A DNA stretch of 64,000 nucleotides from Spirochaetia bacterium (GTDB lineage Bacteria; Spirochaetota; Spirochaetia; SZUA-6; Bin103). The DNA lies in the NCBI GenBank assembly GCA_965203515.1, contig OZ241907.1, positions 1,376,001 to 1,440,000 of the forward strand, written 5' to 3'. How positions within the stretch are numbered: position 1 is the first letter of the stretch; each line of letters begins with the position of its first letter. Of the stretch, positions 19,337 to 28,762 are shown piece after piece. Position numbers and translations under genes: made by a program. Under the pieces are notes generated by a model. The model was given only the letters and a program-made list of their open reading frames with translations, was not told where the DNA came from and ran no database searches.

Positions 19337-21634
19337 CTACGCGCCCGGTTCCACTTGCAGATCGGTCACCAGCGTGTGCTCGGCCGCCACCGCGCTCACC
19401 AGCAGCAGGCGATACGCCGGCTCCCCGGTGCCCAGGACGAAGTCTGCTCCGCCCTCCTGCCGCCGCGGCCGCCAGCGCGGCGTGACCGTGAGCCGGCCGT
19501 GCGCGCCCTGAGTGACCCAGCCGCGCCCGCGGCGCTCCCATGCATACCGGCTGTGCAGGTAGAAGCCGACCGCCAGCGGCCGGTCCAGACGCAGCCGGTC
19601 GGTGACCGCGATGCGCGCCGGATCGTCCGAATCCAACAGGCGTTCGGCGTCGGTGACCGGCGCGGGCCAGACGCCGCTCAGGTCGACCCGGCAGCGCAGG
19701 CGGCGCCGGTCCCCCTGACCTTCCGGCGCCGTGGCGACCGGACAGGGATTGCGCTGCCGCAGCGGCGTGCCGTCGTCCGCGTGCGGGACCGCCAGGTTGT
19801 GGTAGCGGGCGTACTTGATGATCGACGAGCGCGGATCGACGTACCGCATCTGGCCGCGGTCGACCGCCAGCTCGTCGCCGAACGCCTCCAGGACGAAGCT
19901 GCCGCGGTCGTCATGGCCGTGCCCGGCGCGCGCCGGGCCGCCGATGACCTGCACCCGCACCGGCCCGTGCGGGGTCGGCCGGTTCGAGCACAGCAGGCCG
20001 GTCACCGTCAGGTTGCGGAACACCGGCGGCCGCGCGGACGGCGGCGGCAGCTCATCCGGGCCGTACATGATGTTCAGCTCGTGTTCCGGGGCATAGTTGG
20101 CCCGGGGCAACGCCTCGTTGACGCCGGCCAGCAGCGCCGGCACCGCCGGATCGTCCGACAGCGCGCAGAGCAGCCCCAGCGATCCGGGCGCCACGCAGAC
20201 GCCGGCCCGGCCGCCGTCGGAGTGCTTGATCACGGCGCCGATCGGCGGCTCGGTGCTCAGCATCGCGGTGAGGTAGTCGACGGAACGCACGGCGACGTCG
20301 GGAACGACGTCCGCCAACGGCACGCCGCGGTGCCGGGCGTACAGCAGGTAGCCGGCCAGCGCCTGCTGCAGGGATCCGGTCGCGTAGCCGATCCCCTCGT
20401 ACGTGCCGCCGTCGGCCGCGTAGTAGGCGCGCACGGTCTGGTCGAGCGCCGCGCGAAACGGTTCCAGAAAATCGCCGCCGTACGGCCAGTGCCGGGCCAG
20501 AGCCACGCTGGCCACGATGCCGCCGAACGCGAAGAAGATGCCCTGGTTGTTGCCGCGCACGTACGGGTGGCGCATCAGCGTCTGCTGCATCCACGGCATC
20601 GCCTTGATCGACACCGCCTGCGCCAGCAGCTCCCGGCCCGCGCCGGTCAGCAGCGACCCCGCCCAGTCCCAGGCGAAGATGGAGTTGATCGCGTAGCGGT
20701 ACTCGCTGAAGGCGCGCGTCTCCCAGCTCGATCCCGGCATGGTGCTCATGAAGCCGGGCGTCCACACGTCGCAGTGGGCGGCGGCCAGGGCGTGATGGAG
20801 CGCGACGCGCATCAGTTCCCGATCGCCATCCAGCAGGCCCACGAAGGCGCACGTGCGCATCGCCGCGATGTCGATCCAGTTGTGGCGCTCGTTGAGCCCG
20901 TCGGTGCGGTGGCCGTTGCGCACCGGGTAGTTGTTGACGGTGCGGCCGATGCCGCGCCACGGCTCGCTGCCCCGGTACGCATGGGCCAGGTCGCGCAGGC
21001 GTCCGTAGACCGGCCCCCAGGTCGGCCCCCGTACGCGCGACCGCAGCCGCTCCAGGTCGGCGGCGTCGAAGAACAGGCCGAGCCGCGGCTCGGCGGCGGG
21101 CAGGTCGGCGCCGTCGGGCAGCAGCAGGTCGTGCCAGTCGTCGGGGTATGGCAGGACGCGCGCGCGGCGCGCCGCGCGCGCCGCGCCGTCGGTCACGCCG
21201 AGCCAGAACAGGTCGGCCGTGCCGGGCGTCGCGCCCGGGTCCGTGAGCTCGATCTCGAGGCTGGAGATGCGGCGTCCGCCGATCGCTCCCTCCAGCTCCT
21301 GACCCGCATCGATGCCGGCGGCGCGATCGACGATCACGCGCGGCGATCCGTCGACGGTAGCGCGCACGGTGATCGCGGTCGATCGCATCGACTGCACGCA
21401 GAGCACCAGCAGGTCGTAACCGTCTACGTCGATCTCGACCTCGCGGCGCATCGCCGCCGCCAGCGGACGGCCGCCGGGCCACCGGCATTGGACCGAATGG
21501 AAGGTCTGTTCGACCTCCGCCGAATCGGCGCCGTCGATCCGCCAGTCGCTGAGCTGGTGGCGCCGCGGATCGAACATGCGCACCAGGACCGCCTCCGCCT
21601 CGTTGTGCCGGATCGGAAAGAGCCGCTGACTCAT
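19337..21634 (-). CDS. Heparinase II/III-like polysaccharide lyase
   Basis: NNQ, DGGTYEGIGY, GHGHDDRGSF, VDRG, YHN motifs. Confidence 0.75.
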   Translation of the reverse strand: MSQRLFPIRHNEAEAVLVRMFDPRRHQLSDWRIDGADSAEVEQTFHSVQCRWPGGRPLAAAMRREVEIDVDGYDLLVLCVQSMRSTAITVRATVDGSPRVIVDRAAGIDAGQELEGAIGGRRISSLEIELTDPGATPGTADLFWLGVTDGAARAARRARVLPYPDDWHDLLLPDGADLPAAEPRLGLFFDAADLERLRSRVRGPTWGPVYGRLRDLAHAYRGSEPWRGIGRTVNNYPVRNGHRTDGLNERHNWIDIAAMRTCAFVGLLDGDRELMRVALHHALAAAHCDVWTPGFMSTMPGSSWETRAFSEYRYAINSIFAWDWAGSLLTGAGRELLAQAVSIKAMPWMQQTLMRHPYVRGNNQGIFFAFGGIVASVALARHWPYGGDFLEPFRAALDQTVRAYYAADGGTYEGIGYATGSLQQALAGYLLYARHRGVPLADVVPDVAVRSVDYLTAMLSTEPPIGAVIKHSDGGRAGVCVAPGSLGLLCALSDDPAVPALLAGVNEALPRANYAPEHELNIMYGPDELPPPSARPPVFRNLTVTGLLCSNRPTPHGPVRVQVIGGPARAGHGHDDRGSFVLEAFGDELAVDRGQMRYVDPRSSIIKYARYHNLAVPHADDGTPLRQRNPCPVATAPEGQGDRRRLRCRVDLSGVWPAPVTDAERLLDSDDPARIAVTDRLRLDRPLAVGFYLHSRYAWERRGRGWVTQGAHGRLTVTPRWRPRRQEGGADFVLGTGEPAYRLLLVSAVAAEHTLVTDLQVEPGA

Positions 21635-21662
21635 CGCTGACGATCTCCGGTACGGCCCTGGC

Positions 21663-22337
21663 TCAGCCGATCAGACCGAGCGCCCGCTGCAGCGGGACCT
21701 CGGCGAACGACTGCTCGGGAATCGCGCCGCGTTCGACGACCCGCAGCCAGTGGCCGCGCACCTCGCCGCCGGACGCCGCGTCGGACGCCGGGATCGAATC
21801 CAGCACGGTCCTGGCCCACTCGGCCGGTTCGGGGCGGTCACAGGCGACCTGCAGCGCCGGCCGCTCCACGGAGCCGGTCGCGCCATAGGCATAGCACCGG
21901 CGGATGTTCCGCTTCGCGCCGGCCATCCGCACCGGCGTGAACCGCGCCGCGGCGGCGGTCCCGTCGGGAACCAGCAGCACCGTGATCGCGCGGTCCAGGA
22001 TCGCGTCGAGCGTCGCTCCGGCATCCGCCGGCACCGGCACGTCCTTGTGCCCCGGCCATACGTCGAACATGGAGTACGATGCGGCCGGCGTCCGCCGCTG
22101 GAACGTGTAGTAGTCCGGATAGGCGAAGAACTCCCCGCCGGACGCCCGGTAGCGGTCGTAGAACGCGGTGACGTGGGCCAGCAGCAGCAGACACGCCCCC
22201 AGGCCGTCGATCCCGCCGGGCGCGAGCAGGCCCACCCGATCGGTGGCGCGCAGGTCACCGAAGAACCGCTCGTGCGCTACCGCCGCGCGCCGGCAGGTGA
22301 CCCGAAAATCGGACCCTCGCAGAAAGCTGCTATGCAT
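21663..22337 (-). CDS. Hypothetical protein
   Basis: 224 aa with plausible composition; co-directional with neighbours. Confidence 0.6.
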   Translation of the reverse strand: MHSSFLRGSDFRVTCRRAAVAHERFFGDLRATDRVGLLAPGGIDGLGACLLLLAHVTAFYDRYRASGGEFFAYPDYYTFQRRTPAASYSMFDVWPGHKDVPVPADAGATLDAILDRAITVLLVPDGTAAAARFTPVRMAGAKRNIRRCYAYGATGSVERPALQVACDRPEPAEWARTVLDSIPASDAASGGEVRGHWLRVVERGAIPEQSFAEVPLQRALGLIG

Positions 22338-22342
22338 GATCG

Positions 22343-23821
22343 CTACCGAATCGGCCGCACGCCGCCGCGTCGGCCCAGACCATACCCTACCCGAAAGACG
22401 TCAGGTATGTTCACGCGGCCGTCACGCAACCGCAGAAAGACGCCGAGCGACTCCAGATCCGTGCGCACGCCGTCCGGCCCTTGCTCGACGTGACGCGGCG
22501 GCAGCTTCACTTCGTCCTGCTCGGTTTCCCCGCGCAAGCGGTCGAGAACGCCCTCGCTGCGCCAACGCTCGGCGATGTCATCGAACGGACAGGGTACGAC
22601 CCTGCCGGCAAGCGGAGTCAGCACCCGGTCTATCCACGGATAGTCCTCCCGCATCTCGTTGACACGTATCCTCGACGCTTCCTGGACACCGCGCTTGATG
22701 CTTTCATAGTGCAGAGCGTACCGGTGCTCGGGGTGCTCGTCCCGGGTATCCTCCACCGCCCTTCGCAGCGCGGCGAGAAACGACCGCGGGCTCACTCTGC
22801 CCTCGGTATCGGCAAGGTGGTTCGGGATCCACGTGTACGGGAACCCTCGTTTGGGACCGCGGCCCATCCACTTGCCGGCGATGTCATGAAACTTGCCGCG
22901 TTGGTCATCCTCCTTGAAGATGGTCCGCGGGGCGGAGAATACCGATTGATCGCCCGCTCTGAGCACCGACCAGTCGTGGGGGGTGAGAAAGCTCCGAAAG
23001 CGCTCCCCATGCCGTCCGTGGGCGAGAAAGTGCCACAACAGACCGTACAGCTCGCGTCGCGGCCAGCTCAATTCGACGGCCGAGGCAAGGACCTTCGAGG
23101 CATCGGGGAAGTCGGCGATCCGGCTCTCGTCGACCTGGTCCGACCGCAGGAAGACCTTGACGCGCAGGCGGCGGTACGCGCGCATGTCGAGGGCGGTCTG
23201 CAGCAGACCGCGGATCGCCGGATACATCTCCTTCCAGTCATCGGCGCAGCGATCCAGGGCGTCGAACAGTATCACCAGATAGGCGCCCCTTCGATCGAAT
23301 TCCACGTCTCGTTCGTGAAACAGCCGGTCGATCACCTCCGGATTGCGATCGACGAACGCTACGCGCTCCGGCCACGAACGCCGCTTCCGCAGATCATGCG
23401 CACCGCCGGCGAGCTGCCACGCCTGCACGGTTCTCCAGATCGACCTGGGCTCGACGCCGGCCGACATCAAAGGCCTCAGCACGTCCTTGCTCGGGTACTC
23501 GTCGGGCGCCGGCCGGACGCCAAACCCCGTTCGCACCTCCGTGCTCTCGCCCATCGGGGATCGCCCCGATTGTTGACCGACCAGAGCACGTACCGCCTTG
23601 TCCTGGAGCGCTACCCACCAGAAGGTCTTTCCCGCGCCGCGCATGCCGGTCACCAACTGGTTGTCCGGATGCAACGCCTTGAGGTGAGATCGCGGCAGGT
23701 AGACCTGCGTGGGCGCCGGCAGGTAGACCTGCGTGGGCGCCGGCCGGTCGCCGTGGCTGGTGCCGTCCGGCAGCTCGGCCAGCGCTTCGCGCGCCGTCTC
23801 GACGTCGATTGTCCGGCTCAC
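22343..23821 (-). CDS. P-loop ATPase (Sll1717-like), putative defence module component
   Basis: GMRGAGKT Walker A, ILFDALD Walker B, KVFLRSD, SPRSF; overlaps the upstream stop (ATGA). Confidence 0.75.
   Translation of the reverse strand: MSRTIDVETAREALAELPDGTSHGDRPAPTQVYLPAPTQVYLPRSHLKALHPDNQLVTGMRGAGKTFWWVALQDKAVRALVGQQSGRSPMGESTEVRTGFGVRPAPDEYPSKDVLRPLMSAGVEPRSIWRTVQAWQLAGGAHDLRKRRSWPERVAFVDRNPEVIDRLFHERDVEFDRRGAYLVILFDALDRCADDWKEMYPAIRGLLQTALDMRAYRRLRVKVFLRSDQVDESRIADFPDASKVLASAVELSWPRRELYGLLWHFLAHGRHGERFRSFLTPHDWSVLRAGDQSVFSAPRTIFKEDDQRGKFHDIAGKWMGRGPKRGFPYTWIPNHLADTEGRVSPRSFLAALRRAVEDTRDEHPEHRYALHYESIKRGVQEASRIRVNEMREDYPWIDRVLTPLAGRVVPCPFDDIAERWRSEGVLDRLRGETEQDEVKLPPRHVEQGPDGVRTDLESLGVFLRLRDGRVNIPDVFRVGYGLGRRGGVRPIR
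23693..23744. repeat. Perfect 24-bp in-frame tandem duplication (PAPTQVYL x2)
   Basis: cggcaggtagacctgcgtgggcgc x2 + cggc. Confidence 0.95.
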
Positions 23822-24930
23822 GACGTTTCTCCGTTTCGGCTGTCGGCGAGCTCGTCGAACCGACTCAGGAACTTCGTGTAGGCCGCCGTCGTCTGTTCCC
23901 GGTCCAGATCGCGCAGCGACGCTCCGGCCGCAAGCCCTCTGTTCCAGTGGATGGCGATCGGGTCGTGCGGCGCGCCTTCTTCGTGGAGATCGAACGAAAA
24001 CTCCTCCCGGGAGTCGCCGGACTCGATGTCGTCATACAGGCGTTCGCGAAACAGGTTCCACGCCTGCTCCCGAAACCGCCGGAGGTACCGCTCCGTGTCG
24101 ATCTCCGGGGTCAGGGCGAAGACGATCGACAGCCGCTCCCTGATCCTCGGAGCCAAGCCATGCGTCTGCCAGTGGCGGAACAGCACGGCGTAGTCGGTCC
24201 AGTGGCTCTCGGCGTCGACTGCGAACAGCAGGACCTGCGCACCGAGGTCGGTCACCGTAGCAGCGGCGATGTCGTGCAGGCCGCTGCGGCTTTCCAGCAG
24301 CACGATCGACGGCTCGTACCTCTCTTCCAACCGCGACAACAGTCGTTCCAGGCGAACCGTCCAGGGAACCTTGATGTCCAGGTAGACCCGACCCAACTTC
24401 GCCAGATATTCACCGGGTTCGCTGCCGTGAGCGGGAACCACGCGCACGTCGCCGTCGAGCTCCTGCGCCCACGCCGGAGCTGCGGCCATTCTTTCGGACA
24501 CGTAGTCGCCCTGTCCGACCAGGTCCTCCACGAACCAATCGGTGACGCCGAACTCCGGGCGTGCCGCCGGATCGAGCATGGCGGACGACAGCCCGGGCGA
24601 TTCCAGGTCCAGATCGACCACCAGCACGTGCTCGCCGTTGCGCGCCAGATGCCATGCCAGAACCGCCGCCGTGGTGCTGCGCCCGCGACCGCGGACGAAC
24701 GCCGTGAACTCGGCCCAGAGTTGCGGCATGTGCGCCCTGTGTTCCCGCTTGGTCGGCACTCCATGTTGCCCGACCGGCATTTCCAAGAGGCGCATGACCG
24801 CCTTCAAGCCGCATTCGGCGCTGAGCCCGTACAACTGATCCGCATTCGCCCAGCGATCGTGCCGAAAGAGCAGTTCGGCGTCCTGCCAGTGGCGGAGATG
24901 CGCGTCGTGGAAGTCGGCCGGGTGACTCAT
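23818..24930 (-). CDS. Fusion of a HEPN-like N-terminus with a ParA/MinD-like (KGGVGR-type) ATPase lacking most of Walker A
   Basis: From ATG 24930: RHWQDAELL..ANADQLYGLSAECGLK..H, then FVRGRGRSTTAAVLAWHLA, VLVVDLDLESPGL, LLESRSGLHD. Confidence 0.7.
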   Translation of the reverse strand: MSHPADFHDAHLRHWQDAELLFRHDRWANADQLYGLSAECGLKAVMRLLEMPVGQHGVPTKREHRAHMPQLWAEFTAFVRGRGRSTTAAVLAWHLARNGEHVLVVDLDLESPGLSSAMLDPAARPEFGVTDWFVEDLVGQGDYVSERMAAAPAWAQELDGDVRVVPAHGSEPGEYLAKLGRVYLDIKVPWTVRLERLLSRLEERYEPSIVLLESRSGLHDIAAATVTDLGAQVLLFAVDAESHWTDYAVLFRHWQTHGLAPRIRERLSIVFALTPEIDTERYLRRFREQAWNLFRERLYDDIESGDSREEFSFDLHEEGAPHDPIAIHWNRGLAAGASLRDLDREQTTAAYTKFLSRFDELADSRNGETS

Positions 24931-25029
24931 GAGCCGGCTCCCAGTATCGCCGATCGTTGCGGCCGACGCCAGCTTCGACGCCGGCGTGACCGGTCGACGC
25001 GGCGCGCACCGCCGTAGGATGATGCGGGA

Positions 25030-26100
25030 ATGAGCGATTCGGTGCGGCTTGGCGTCATCGGCTGCGGGGTCATCGGCACGATTCACCTGCGCGCGGCGGC
25101 GGAGGCGCCGGAGGTCACGCTGGCCGCGGTCGCCGACCGGATCGCCGGCCGTGCGCAGGAGGCAGCCGACCGGTTCGGGGCGGGGCGGGCCTACGCCGCG
25201 CCGGAAGCGCTGATCGCCGATCCCGACGTGGAGGCGGTGGTGTTGGCCCTGCCCGCGGCGGGACGGGCTCAGATCGCCGTGCAGGCGCTCGCGGCCGGCA
25301 AGCACGTGCTGGTGGAGAAGCCGCCGGCAATGCATGCCGGCGAGGTGGAGATGATGCTGGCCGCTCAGGGCGACCGGATCGCCGCCTGCTGCTCCTCCCG
25401 GCGCCGCTTCTACGAATCCAGCGACGCCGCCGCGGCGTGCGTCGCCGCCGGCGAGCTGGGCGATCTGCGTGAGGTCTACTGCCGCGTGCTGCAAGGCGCG
25501 GCGGCGCCGCCCGACACCGCGCCGCCGCCGTGGCGGGTGAGCCGCACGCTGAACGGCGGCGGCATCGCCGCCAACTGGACCTCCTACGACCTCGACTACC
25601 TGCTGGGGCTCACCGGCTGGCGGCTGCGGCCGGAGCTGACCCTGGCCCGCACTTGGCCGGTCGCCGGACACCTGGCGTCCCGCGTGGCGCCCGGCTCCGA
25701 TGGCGAGAGCCACTACACCGCGCTGATCCTCTGCGCGGGCGGCGCGGCGCTCCACCTGGAACGGAGCGAGTTCAGCGCCGTGCGGAGCGAGCAGGCGTGG
25801 CAGGTGATCGGCAGCCGCGGGTCACTGCGCCTGCGGATGGAGCCGCGCGGGCACAAGCGGATCGTCCTGGACACGGCGACCGACGCGGACGGCGTAGCGA
25901 GCCGCGTGATCTGGGAAGGGAGCGAGGACCCGCGGCTGCAGCACCGCCGGCCGGTGACCGACTTCTGCCGGGCCATCCGCGGCGGCGGACCTCCCAAGAC
26001 CACCCTGCGCCAGGCGCTGGTGATCCAGCGCATCCTGGACAGCATCTACGCGTCCGCGGAACGCGGCGCCGCCGTGGCGGTGCCCGGCGGCTCCACGTGA
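25030..26100 (+). CDS. Gfo/Idh/MocA family oxidoreductase
   Basis: GVIGCGVIG, GKHVLVEKP, GGG motifs. Confidence 0.92.
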   Translation: MSDSVRLGVIGCGVIGTIHLRAAAEAPEVTLAAVADRIAGRAQEAADRFGAGRAYAAPEALIADPDVEAVVLALPAAGRAQIAVQALAAGKHVLVEKPPAMHAGEVEMMLAAQGDRIAACCSSRRRFYESSDAAAACVAAGELGDLREVYCRVLQGAAAPPDTAPPPWRVSRTLNGGGIAANWTSYDLDYLLGLTGWRLRPELTLARTWPVAGHLASRVAPGSDGESHYTALILCAGGAALHLERSEFSAVRSEQAWQVIGSRGSLRLRMEPRGHKRIVLDTATDADGVASRVIWEGSEDPRLQHRRPVTDFCRAIRGGGPPKTTLRQALVIQRILDSIYASAERGAAVAVPGGST

Positions 26101-26210
26101 TACCTGTAATACCAAGTAATCCGATCACACGGCGATCCGAACCGGACACCGAAACCCGCAAGCGCCTTCGTCGAGCCGGAACACGGCTCCGTACCGGAGA
26201 GGAGCAATCT

Positions 26211-26921
26211 GTGCAACGAACCGCAGTGCAGCGCATTCGAGACGTAGCGATCATCGTGCAGGCCGTGGGGATGACGGGGGTGTACGTCGCCGTCATCGTG
26301 CTGGTGATAATCCTCTACCAGCCGCTGCGCACGTCCTTGCGCGCCGTGGCGACGGCCACGACCGCCGTCGCCGCGACGGCGGAGACGGTCCGCACCACGG
26401 TCGACGATATCGCCGGCCAGATGTCCGCCGCGGCCGGCGAGGTGGGCGCATCGTTGACCGGCGCCGCCGATGACTTGGCCAGTGCCGTCGATGAGGTAAC
26501 CACGGAGCTGACCACCGCCGCCGGCGAGCTTTCCGACGCCGCCGGCTCGGTAGGCGATACGGTGTCGAGCGCCGCGGATCAGGTTGCCGCGGAGCTGACC
26601 GGCGCCGCCGAAAGTGCCGCCGGCGCGGTCGCCGCCGAGGCGGCCGCCGGGGCGGGTGCAGCCGGGGCGGCGGTCGACGCCGCCGCCGATACGGTCGCTA
26701 CCGGGATAGCCGGCGCTACGGATGCGGCCGCCGCCGAGCTGGCGGGCGCCGCCGGCACCGAGTCTTCCGCCGGGCCTTCCACCGGATCTGCCACCGGGAT
26801 CGTCGAGGACGCGGTCCTTCAGGATGCCGACCGGCTGTTCGCGTACGCTGACCGGCTGTTCGCCTACATGGACCGGCTGCTCGAGTACTCCGACCGACTG
26901 CAGGCCCAGCCCGCGCCGTAA
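26211..26921 (+). CDS. Membrane-anchored Ala-rich amphipathic-repeat protein
   Basis: GTG 26211 after SD GAGGAG; N-terminal TM helix, Ala/Thr-rich helical repeats, C-terminal DRLFAY heptads. Confidence 0.6.
   Translation: MQRTAVQRIRDVAIIVQAVGMTGVYVAVIVLVIILYQPLRTSLRAVATATTAVAATAETVRTTVDDIAGQMSAAAGEVGASLTGAADDLASAVDEVTTELTTAAGELSDAAGSVGDTVSSAADQVAAELTGAAESAAGAVAAEAAAGAGAAGAAVDAAADTVATGIAGATDAAAAELAGAAGTESSAGPSTGSATGIVEDAVLQDADRLFAYADRLFAYMDRLLEYSDRLQAQPAP
26829..26901 (+). repeat. 21-bp tandem repeat x3.5 (DRLFAYA/DRLFAYM/DRLLEYS)
   Basis: gaccggctgttcgcgtacgct-like units. Confidence 0.8.
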
Positions 26922-26947
26922 CCGTCAGACCCGCCGACGCGCACCGG

Positions 26948-28714
26948 TCAATGCAGACCGGTGACGCGACCGGTGGCCGCGTCGACGTCGATGCGGCGGA
27001 ACGCCGGGTCGGAGGCGGTGCCCGGCATCAGCGTTACGTCGCCCGCGACCGGCACCGCAAGTCCCGCGCCGTGATAGAGCAGGATGTCCCGCACCGGCAG
27101 CTCCCAGCCGGTGGGCCGCCCTTTCAGCGCCGGGTCGTGGCTGAGGCTGAGGTGGGTCTTGACCATGCAGGTCCCGAATCCCGCCAGTTCCGGTTGCGAC
27201 TCCACCTCCGCCAACCGGGCTCGGGCCTCCGGTCGATAGGTGACGCCGGCGCCGCCGTACACCTCGGTCGCAATCCGCTCGATGCGCTCCCGCAGCGGCA
27301 GCGTTTCAGGATAGAGATAGCGGAAGTCGGCCGGCTCATCGCACGCCGCGGCCACCGCCTCCGCCAGCTCGCGCGCTCCGGCGCCGCCGTGACGCCAGTG
27401 GCGGCTCACCACGCAGGCGGCTCCCTGCGCCTCCACAGCCCGCCGCACCAGCGCCACCTCCTCGTCGGTGTCGGTGACGAAGTGGTTGATGCAGACCACC
27501 GCCGGCAAGCCGCTCTTCCGCACCGTAGCGACGTGCGCCAGCAGATTGGCGACCCCCCGCTCCACCAGCGCCGGGTTGCCCTCCGTATAGGCCGCATCCA
27601 GCGGCTTGCCCGGCGCCACCCGCGGGCCGCCGCCGTGCATCTTCAACGCCCGGATCGTCGCCACCACCACCGCGCAGTCGGGCTTCAGTCCGCTGAGCCG
27701 GCACTTGAGGTTCCAGAACTTCTCGAAGCCGATGTCCGCGCCGAATCCGCTCTCGGTCACGTGGTAGTCGGCGAGCTTCAACCCGACGCGGTCGGCGATG
27801 ATCGACGACTGGCCGATGGCGATGTTCGCGAACGGGCCGGCGTGCACCAGTATCGGCTGGCCCTCGACCGTCTGCATCAGGTTGGGGTTGATCGCGCGCG
27901 CCATGATGGCGGCCATGGCGCCGTCCACCTCCAGGTCCGCGGTCGTGACCGCGCTCCCGTCGCGGGCGCGGGCCACCACCATGCGCCCCAACCGCGACCG
28001 CAGGTCGGCCAGGTCGGCGGCCACGGCCAGGATCGCCATCACCTCCGACGACACCGATATCTGGAATCGGCTGCGCATCATGAGCCCGTCCATCCGGCCG
28101 CCGAGCCCGATGACGATGTCGCGCAGCGCCTGCGCGCTGAAGTCGATGGCCCATCCCATGGTCACGGTGCGGGCGTCGACGTCCAGGCGCCGGAGCTTCT
28201 TGCGGGCCAGGGTCCGGTCGCCGTAGTTGGCTTCATGCTGCATGCGGCTGGTCAGCGCGACCATCGCCAGGTTGTGGGCGTTGGTGACGGCGTCGATGTC
28301 CCCGGTCAGCCCCAGGCTGAGATCGTTCAGCGGAATGCACTGCGCCAGTCCGCCGCCGGCCGCCGAGCCCTTGACGTTGAAGGTCGGCCCCCCCGACGGC
28401 TGGCGGATCGCGCCGGCGACCCGTTTGCCGATGGCGGCCAGCCCCTGGACCAGACCGATCGTGGTGGTGGTCTTGCCCTCGCCCAACGTGGTGGGGGTGA
28501 TGGCGGTGACGTCGACGTACTTGCCGTCCGGGGCGTTCGCGAGCCGCTCCAGCACGCGCGCCTGGTCGACCTTGGCGACGTGGTGGCCGTACGGCAGCGT
28601 CTCGCGCGGTTCGAGCCCCAGCTCGGCCGCGAGCCGCTGCACGCTCTTCATGCCGCGTTCGGCGGCCTCGCTGATCTGCCAGTCCGCCATCGTGACGGGA
28701 TCCAGGGTGTTCAT
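26948..28714 (-). CDS. fhs: Formate--tetrahydrofolate ligase
   Basis: [53 protein letters not shown]. Confidence 0.97.
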   Translation of the reverse strand: MNTLDPVTMADWQISEAAERGMKSVQRLAAELGLEPRETLPYGHHVAKVDQARVLERLANAPDGKYVDVTAITPTTLGEGKTTTTIGLVQGLAAIGKRVAGAIRQPSGGPTFNVKGSAAGGGLAQCIPLNDLSLGLTGDIDAVTNAHNLAMVALTSRMQHEANYGDRTLARKKLRRLDVDARTVTMGWAIDFSAQALRDIVIGLGGRMDGLMMRSRFQISVSSEVMAILAVAADLADLRSRLGRMVVARARDGSAVTTADLEVDGAMAAIMARAINPNLMQTVEGQPILVHAGPFANIAIGQSSIIADRVGLKLADYHVTESGFGADIGFEKFWNLKCRLSGLKPDCAVVVATIRALKMHGGGPRVAPGKPLDAAYTEGNPALVERGVANLLAHVATVRKSGLPAVVCINHFVTDTDEEVALVRRAVEAQGAACVVSRHWRHGGAGARELAEAVAAACDEPADFRYLYPETLPLRERIERIATEVYGGAGVTYRPEARARLAEVESQPELAGFGTCMVKTHLSLSHDPALKGRPTGWELPVRDILLYHGAGLAVPVAGDVTLMPGTASDPAFRRIDVDAATGRVTGLH

Positions 28715-28762
28715 CGCAATGGTTCCTCGCTTCGCATCCTTCGCGTCGGCGGCGCGCGGCTT

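Noticed and set aside
24931..25755. N-terminal extension of the 645-aa ORF
   Set aside because: Antisense to the oxidoreductase; the real start is probably ATG 24930.
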